Assembly (NCBI GenBank): GCA_964187785.1
Contig: OZ076409.1
Span: 16,556,001-16,620,000, forward strand
DNA length: 64,000 nucleotides
Direction of reading: 5' to 3'
DNA from: Amphiscolops sp. MND2022
Taxonomy: Eukaryota
In this document: positions 57,771 to 64,000 of the stretch, piece after piece
Layout of the letters: each line of letters opens with the position of its first letter
Numbering within the stretch: the first letter of the stretch is position 1
The notes under the pieces: model-generated
Seen by the model: the letters and a program-made list of their open reading frames with translations, nothing else
What the model was told of the DNA's origin: nothing
Database searches by the model: none
Translations under genes and position numbers: made by a program

Positions 57771-60700
57771 CGACGCCCAACATTGTTAGTTTCAATTGTA
57801 GGGGTCTTGGCAATCCCTTGAAACTCACAAGCCTAATTGCAAATACTGACATCAACAATGACGTCATTGCAATTCAAGAAACTAAATTGAAAAAACTAAA
57901 GAAAAAACATTTGAAAATACTCGAGTCCTACGACCTGAATTACGTAATCAGCCCATGCGACAAATCAAAAGCGGGCGGCCTGCTGCTTTTGTTCAAAGCA
58001 AAACATAACGTAGAGTTGGTTACCCAAAACAAGTCTTTTCAAATTATAAAGATGTCAAACCAAGCCACTGAAACAAAGATGGCCAATGTTTACATATGCC
58101 CCAGCTGGAGTATAAGCAAAATCAATGAAGAACTTGAAGACCTGAAACTCAACTTGGAATCAAAGCATCTCAGGCATATTGAACCATGTGTAATAGTTGG
58201 TGACTTGAATTGTTTCGATGACGTCACAAGAAACAAACATCCTCAATATGCAAAACACAAAGTTATACTGAAAGCGTTTGAAAAAATGGGCTTGATGGAC
58301 ATGGCAGTGAAGCTTGAGAATATCGAGAACACACACTTCGCGCCAGCCCAAAAACCATCGCGCCTGGATTATATCTTCTCAAATGTTGTGAGTCAGAAAC
58401 AAGAAATCAGAACGATCAAGACATGCTTCTCAGATCACCGAATTTTGCGCCTGTCAAGCAAGCATAAGGCCGAGCAAGGTCAAAAGATCTTTAGAATGGA
58501 TGACACAACTGTTGATGAAAACGTCAAAACCCTGAAAACGCTGATTTCACAAACAAATGGCTTGACCGGTGAACAGCTAGCGAATGATGCGTATCTCACA
58601 ATGAAAAATGAAATTTCCAACTTTCTAAGACAGGCTAGCATATGGAGAGCAAGAAATAACAAAGACAGACTGCTCAAGGGGCCCGACGCAGAAGCTGAGC
58701 AGAATCTTGCAAAAAGAATGCTAGCAGCAGTGAAGGTCAAATGCACTGACCTGAATGAAGGAAACTTGAAGATTGTTAAAAAGTACTGCTCTGACAATGC
58801 AAACAACCAAAGCAACGCGATCAAGAAGCTGAAAACACAGAAAGATCGAATTGTCTCAAGTGAGAATGAGATCATAGATGAAGTTACAAAGTACTACAGT
58901 AAGCTCTACGCCAACGAACCAATTGATGAGAAGAAACAAGAGTGCCTCATCACAAACTTCAAAAAACAGATCTCTGAAGATGAAAGAGAACGTCTAACTC
59001 AGCAAATCACCCTAGACGAAATCAAAAATGCGATTGACAATCTGAACAAAGAAAGCGCGCCAGGCCCAGATGGACTCACCCCAAAACTGTTTCAAACGTT
59101 CAAGGAAGAATTCAGTCTTATGTTTCAAAAGATGTTTGAACATGCTGCAGACGGTAACAACTTACCAATGGCATTCAACCAAGCCTTCATTAGACTACTT
59201 CCGAAAAGTGGTGATCTGACAACATTGAAGAACTGGAGACCAATAAGCCTGATCAACACTGACAGCAAGATTTTTTCAGCAGTAATTGCAAACAGAATGA
59301 AAAGTAGCCTCCGCGAAATCATCCACCCAGATCAATGCGCATATTTGAAAGGCAGACAAATGTCAAACGCCACACTGCTACTAAAATCTCTGTGCACAAA
59401 CAAAAGAATGAAAAAAACTTTGACACTAGCTGGACTCGACTTCAGCAAAGCCTTCGACAGGGTAGATCGTTCGTACTTGCTGAAACTTATAAAACATGTG
59501 GGATTCCCTCCCAACATATACAACATGATAGAGCAACTGTACAAAGATACACGATCTAACGTTCTAGTCAACTCCTTCATCACAAGACGAATACAGCAAG
59601 AAAGAGGAGTGAAACAAGGCTGCCCAGTCTCAGCTCTTTTGTTCATCCTAGCTATTGAGCCATTGCTTGAACTACTGAGATCGTCATCGAGCCTGACTGG
59701 AATCGCAAAAGGAAAATTGAAGAAAAAAATCATTGCATATGCTGATGACGTCACAATGTTAGTTGAGAATGAAGAACAACTGAAGCAAGCAATTCAAACG
59801 GTTGAAGACTTTGGCAAAAGCACCCAATTCGCCTTGAACGCTGACAAAACGGAACAGTTTGACCTGAATCGAAGAAATGAAGATCAAAAGATCAAACTCC
59901 TCGGTTTGTATTTGTTCAGCAACCAAAAAAGTGAAAAGCAGCACTACCAGCAACAACTGATCCAAGAAAGCGAAAGAGCAAAGAAAGTGTGTAGACCATC
60001 AATGTCGATGAAAACGAAAAGTTGCGTCATGAAAGCCTTCGTAATGCCAAAAATAGTGTTCCATGCGAAAGCCTCAAACTGTGATCGAGCAACTTGGAAA
60101 AAAGTTCAACGAAACCTAAAACAAGGACTTCACAACAATAGGAGCAATCAGATTTCAGAACGCCTTCTTTTTCAAAGCACCAATGAAGGCGGTGTTGGCT
60201 TCCCATGCGTGAAGACCTATGCAAGCACTTCTTTTCTGATGGATGTGTGGAGAGCAGTTTTCCACAATGACGATCACTTTATTGCACTCGAAATCAAAGA
60301 AGCAGTAGAAGACGAGAAAAGTTACGTTCACAGCAAACTGAAACAAATGAAAACGATAACGAAAGCGCGAGCGATAACTTTCAAGCTAGAACACATAGAG
60401 TTTGTGACAAGTGAAGGACTAACAAAAATCCCTGCTACTTCAAAAGCAATATACGCCTTTGCAATCCGCCGACAGCATGCAGACTTCGTAGATGAAAGAA
60501 TCATGAAAGCGGGATCAAAACTTCAAACATCACCCCAACAACTTCTGTACACACTCAAAGCAATTTGGAGAAGCAACAAACTGAACCCTGTTCAACGAGA
60601 CGTCTTCTATAATTTCAGTTTCAATCTTTACCGAGACAAAGTATTCCTCCATGCAGCTGGCTACAAGTCTGATGATGACTGTTTCCTTTGCGGAGCAAGT

Positions 60701-60934
60701 AAACAAACACATGAGCATCTGATCCTAGATTGTCAAAAAACAAAGCAGATTGCTGAAACCCTTGGAATTCGCAGCATGAAAGATCTGTACCAGCAGGCAG
60801 AACAAGACACATGGAAAAAAGTGAGATTCGTAACAACTCTGCTCATATGTTCATGGACCGACAACAAGCAAGAAGTGGAACAAATGATTCACAACTTTCC
60901 CATCACTACCAAGCAAGTTGGCACAGTGGCTTAG
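57767..60934 (+). CDS. ORF2 of A2: APE, RT and CCHC finger, 1055 aa
   Basis: Same motifs as A1 ORF2 with only a handful of substitutions. Confidence 0.97.
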   Translation: MTTPNIVSFNCRGLGNPLKLTSLIANTDINNDVIAIQETKLKKLKKKHLKILESYDLNYVISPCDKSKAGGLLLLFKAKHNVELVTQNKSFQIIKMSNQATETKMANVYICPSWSISKINEELEDLKLNLESKHLRHIEPCVIVGDLNCFDDVTRNKHPQYAKHKVILKAFEKMGLMDMAVKLENIENTHFAPAQKPSRLDYIFSNVVSQKQEIRTIKTCFSDHRILRLSSKHKAEQGQKIFRMDDTTVDENVKTLKTLISQTNGLTGEQLANDAYLTMKNEISNFLRQASIWRARNNKDRLLKGPDAEAEQNLAKRMLAAVKVKCTDLNEGNLKIVKKYCSDNANNQSNAIKKLKTQKDRIVSSENEIIDEVTKYYSKLYANEPIDEKKQECLITNFKKQISEDERERLTQQITLDEIKNAIDNLNKESAPGPDGLTPKLFQTFKEEFSLMFQKMFEHAADGNNLPMAFNQAFIRLLPKSGDLTTLKNWRPISLINTDSKIFSAVIANRMKSSLREIIHPDQCAYLKGRQMSNATLLLKSLCTNKRMKKTLTLAGLDFSKAFDRVDRSYLLKLIKHVGFPPNIYNMIEQLYKDTRSNVLVNSFITRRIQQERGVKQGCPVSALLFILAIEPLLELLRSSSSLTGIAKGKLKKKIIAYADDVTMLVENEEQLKQAIQTVEDFGKSTQFALNADKTEQFDLNRRNEDQKIKLLGLYLFSNQKSEKQHYQQQLIQESERAKKVCRPSMSMKTKSCVMKAFVMPKIVFHAKASNCDRATWKKVQRNLKQGLHNNRSNQISERLLFQSTNEGGVGFPCVKTYASTSFLMDVWRAVFHNDDHFIALEIKEAVEDEKSYVHSKLKQMKTITKARAITFKLEHIEFVTSEGLTKIPATSKAIYAFAIRRQHADFVDERIMKAGSKLQTSPQQLLYTLKAIWRSNKLNPVQRDVFYNFSFNLYRDKVFLHAAGYKSDDDCFLCGASKQTHEHLILDCQKTKQIAETLGIRSMKDLYQQAEQDTWKKVRFVTTLLICSWTDNKQEVEQMIHNFPITTKQVGTVA

Positions 60935-61223
60935 CCAAAGACCATGAGTCAAACAAACGAGGTTCGAACCTCTGACGGAACCAAGACACAAACATGAAAA
61001 AAACTCTTTTACCTTATTGTTTGAAAGGTAAGTATTCCAACCCTATTGATAAGTTTTATTTGAAAGCAGACTGCGAAAGTGGTCTGCTGCCCAATTTTTT
61101 GAACAAGGAACAAGCTAGTCTGCACTAACTTAAAAGTTACGCGTATTTTGACCGAGAAAATTTTCGTATCATTGTACGTAATTTTGTTGTTAAGCATATA
61201 AAGCTATTGATTTTACAATGATC

Positions 61224-61342
61224 GGCTACGACCATACCATGTTGAATGCACCGGTTCTCGTCCGATCACCGAAGTTAAACAACATAGGGCCTGGTTAGTA
61301 CTTGGATGGGAGACCGCTTGGGAACACCAGGTGTTGTAGCCT
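61224..61342 (+). rRNA. 5S rRNA
   Basis: As 876-994. Confidence 0.98.
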
Positions 61343-61900
61343 TTTTTGTCAGAAATGTGGTTTAACTTCGGTGACAGTTTTGCAAAAGGGGTCAAATTGA
61401 AAAGATAGCAAAAAACGGACAACGCCATTAGAAAGAGCGTCCAAAAAAACCCCCATGCTGAAATTTTCGCCGCCATCACTTGAATTTTCATTGAGTTATG
61501 TCATTTTTACTATTTTCACAAAATGTGGTTTAACTTCGGTGACAGTTTTGCAAAAGGGGTCAAAATGAACAGATAGCAAAAAACGGACAACGGCATTGGA
61601 AAGAGGGCCCAAAATTACCCCTAAAACGTGTTTTTCACACTCCTGAGTCGACTTTTGATAATACATGGAATTTCATTTTTAAGCTTACTAATTTATGCTT
61701 TTCAGCATACATTTTCGTAATAGAGTCAAAATTTTGCTTTCTCACAATTTTTCTGGAATATTTTTGTTTCATCAGATGTCAATAACTTGAAACGTCGTCT
61801 TTTCATGAGAATTTCTCCTCAAAACAAGTTGTTGGCTGGTAATGGTAAGTCCGTACCGCAGATAGGAGTCTCGCGCTCCAAAAATTGACTCTTTGCTTTT

Positions 61901-62009
61901 AGCCTAATTGTTGTGATAAACTTATTAAATAGGTAAGTATTCCAACCCTATTGATAAGTTTTATTTGAAAGCAGACTGCGAAAGTGGTCTGCTGCCCAAT
62001 TTTTTGAAC
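61901..62009 (+). ncRNA. Putative SL RNA gene (first intact copy of last block)
   Basis: Same sequence as 648-756. Confidence 0.85.
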
Positions 62010-62128
62010 AAGGAACAAGCTAGTCTGCACTAACTTAAAAGTTACGCGTATTTTGACCGAGAAAATTTTCGTATCATTGTACGTAATTTTGTTGTTAAGC
62101 ATATAAAGCTATTGATTTTACAATGATC

Positions 62129-62247
62129 GGCTACGACCATACCATGTTGAATGCACCGGTTCTCGTCCGATCACCGAAGTTAAACAACATAGGGCCTGGT
62201 TAGTACTTGGATGGGAGACCGCTTGGGAACACCAGGTGTTGTAGCCT
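62129..62247 (+). rRNA. 5S rRNA
   Basis: As 876-994. Confidence 0.98.
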
Positions 62248-63033
62248 TTTTTGTCAGAAATGTGGTTTAACTTCGGTGACAGTTTTGCAAAAGGGGTCAA
62301 ATTGAAAAGATAGCAAAAAACGGACAACGCCATTAGAAAGAGCGTCCAAAAAAACCCCCATGCTGAAATTTTCGCCGCCATCACTTGAATTTTCATTGAG
62401 TTATGTCATTTTTACTATTTTCACAAAATGTGGTTTAACTTCGGTGACAGTTTTGCAAAAGGGGTCAAAATGAACAGATAGCAAAAAACGGACAACGGCA
62501 TTGGAAAGAGGGCCCAAAATTACCCCTAAAACGTGTTTTTCACACTCCTGAGTCGACTTTTGATAATACATAGAATTTCATTTTTAAGCTTACTAATTTA
62601 TGCTTTTCAGCATACATTTTCGTAATAGAGTCAAAATTTTGCTTTCTCACAATTTTTCTGGAATATTTTTGTTTCATCAGATGTCAATAACTTGAAACGT
62701 CGTCTTTTCATGAGAATTTCTCCTCAAAACAAGTTGTTGGCTGGTAATGGTAAGTCCGTACCGCAGATAGGAGTCTCGCGCTCCAAAAATTGACTCTTTG
62801 CTTTTAGCCTAATTGTTGTGATAAACTTATTAAATAGGTAAGTATTCCAACCCTATTGATAAGTTTTATTTGAAAGCAGACTGCGAAAGTGGTCTGCTGC
62901 CCAATTTTTTGAACAAGGAACCAGCTAGTCTGCATTAACTTAAAAGTTACGCGTATTTTGACCGAGAAAATTTTCGTATCATTGTACGTTATTTTGTTGT
63001 TAAGCATATAAAGCTATTGATTTTACAATGATC

Positions 63034-63152
63034 GGCTACGACCATACCATGTTGAATGCACCGGTTCTCGTCCGATCACCGAAGTTAAACAACATAGGGC
63101 CTGGTTAGTACTTGGATGGGAGACCGCTTGGGAACACCAGGTGTTGTAGCCT
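63034..63152 (+). rRNA. 5S rRNA
   Basis: As 876-994. Confidence 0.98.
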
Positions 63153-63938
63153 TTTTTGTCAGAAATGTGGTTTAACTTCGGTGACAGTTTTGCAAAAGGG
63201 GTCAAATTGAAAAGATAGCAAAAAACGGACAACGCCATTAGAAAGAGCGTCCAAAAAAACCCCCATGCTGAAATTTTCGCCGCCATCACTTGAATTTTCA
63301 TTGAGTTATGTCATTTTTACTATTTTCACAAAATGTGGTTTAACTTCGGTGACAGTTTTGCAAAAGGGGTCAAAATGAACAGATAGCAAAAAACGGACAA
63401 CGGCATTGGAAAGAGGGCCCAAAATTACCCCTAAAACGTGTTTTTCACACTCCTGAGTCGACTTTTGATAATACATAGAATTTCATTTTTAAGCTTACTA
63501 ATTTATGCTTTTCAGCATACATTTTCGTAATAGAGTCAAAATTTTGCTTTCTCACAATTTTTCTGGAATATTTTTGTTTCATCAGATGTCAATAACTTGA
63601 AACGTCGTCTTTTCATGAGAATTTCTCCTCAAAACAAGTTGTTGGCTGGTAATGGTAAGTCCGTACCGCAGATAGGAGTCTCGCGCTCCAAAAATTGACT
63701 CTTTGCTTTTAGCCTAATTGTTGTGATAAACTTATTAAATAGGTAAGTATTCCAACCCTATTGATAAGTTTTATTTGAAAGCAGACTGCGAAAGTGGTCT
63801 GCTGCCCAATTTTTTGAACAAGGAACCAGCTAGTCTGCATTAACTTAAAAGTTACGCGTATTTTGACCGAGAAAATTTTCGTATCATTGTACGTAATTTT
63901 GTTGTTAAGCATATAAAGCTATTGATTTTACAATGATC

Positions 63939-64000
63939 GGCTACGACCATACCATGTTGAATGCACCGGTTCTCGTCCGATCACCGAAGTTAAACAACAT
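63939..64000 (+). rRNA. 5S rRNA (partial, 5' part)
   Basis: Window edge. Confidence 0.95.

Larger units (their letters stand above)
56183..61025 (+). mobile_element. Family A copy A2, apparently full length, at SL splice donor
   Basis: 3' junction TTGAA|AGGTAAGTATTCCA (61026) identical to A1; 5' junction has no TSD and the SL exon ends at AAACTTATTAAA 56182. Confidence 0.93.
1..64000 (+). repeat. Tandem SL RNA/5S rRNA array, 905-bp unit, interrupted by six retroelement insertions
   Basis: Near-identical units recur every 905 bp (e.g. 5S starts 5940, 6845, 7750...). Array blocks: 1-1594, 5742-13872, 18967-35379 (contains insert D), 40313-46663, 50725-56182, 61026-64000. Confidence 0.99.

Noticed and set aside
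1..64000. CRISPR-like or prokaryotic retron/group II intron interpretation
   Set aside because: Units are 905-bp identical repeats without unique spacers; 5S is eukaryotic type and the RTs have APE domains and TSDs typical of non-LTR elements

Overview
Eukaryotic (metazoan-type) tandem array of a 905-bp unit. Each unit carries, on the + strand, a putative spliced-leader (SL) RNA gene and a 5S rRNA gene. The SL gene has a 31-32-nt exon AGCCTAATTGTTGTGATAAACTTATTAAATAG, an AG|GTAAGT donor, a GAAA-capped hairpin and an Sm site AATTTTTTGA. The window holds 44 complete and 2 partial 5S genes and 45 SL loci. Six SL loci, and no 5S gene or spacer, are interrupted by sense-oriented, site-specific non-LTR retrotransposon insertions. 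These belong to three divergent APE-endonuclease/RT (L1/Tx1-like) families (A x2, B x2, C x1), plus a 95-bp element D. A and D insert at the SL splice donor; B and C insert at the SL 5' end, 30 bp upstream. Five of the six have 14-16-bp target-site duplications and none has a poly(A) tail. The main candidate novelty is this multi-family set of SL-RNA-targeting APE-type retrotransposons, because the SL-specific elements I know of use a restriction-like endonuclease. The host species cannot be identified from the sequence alone, and the SL call rests on structure rather than a database match.
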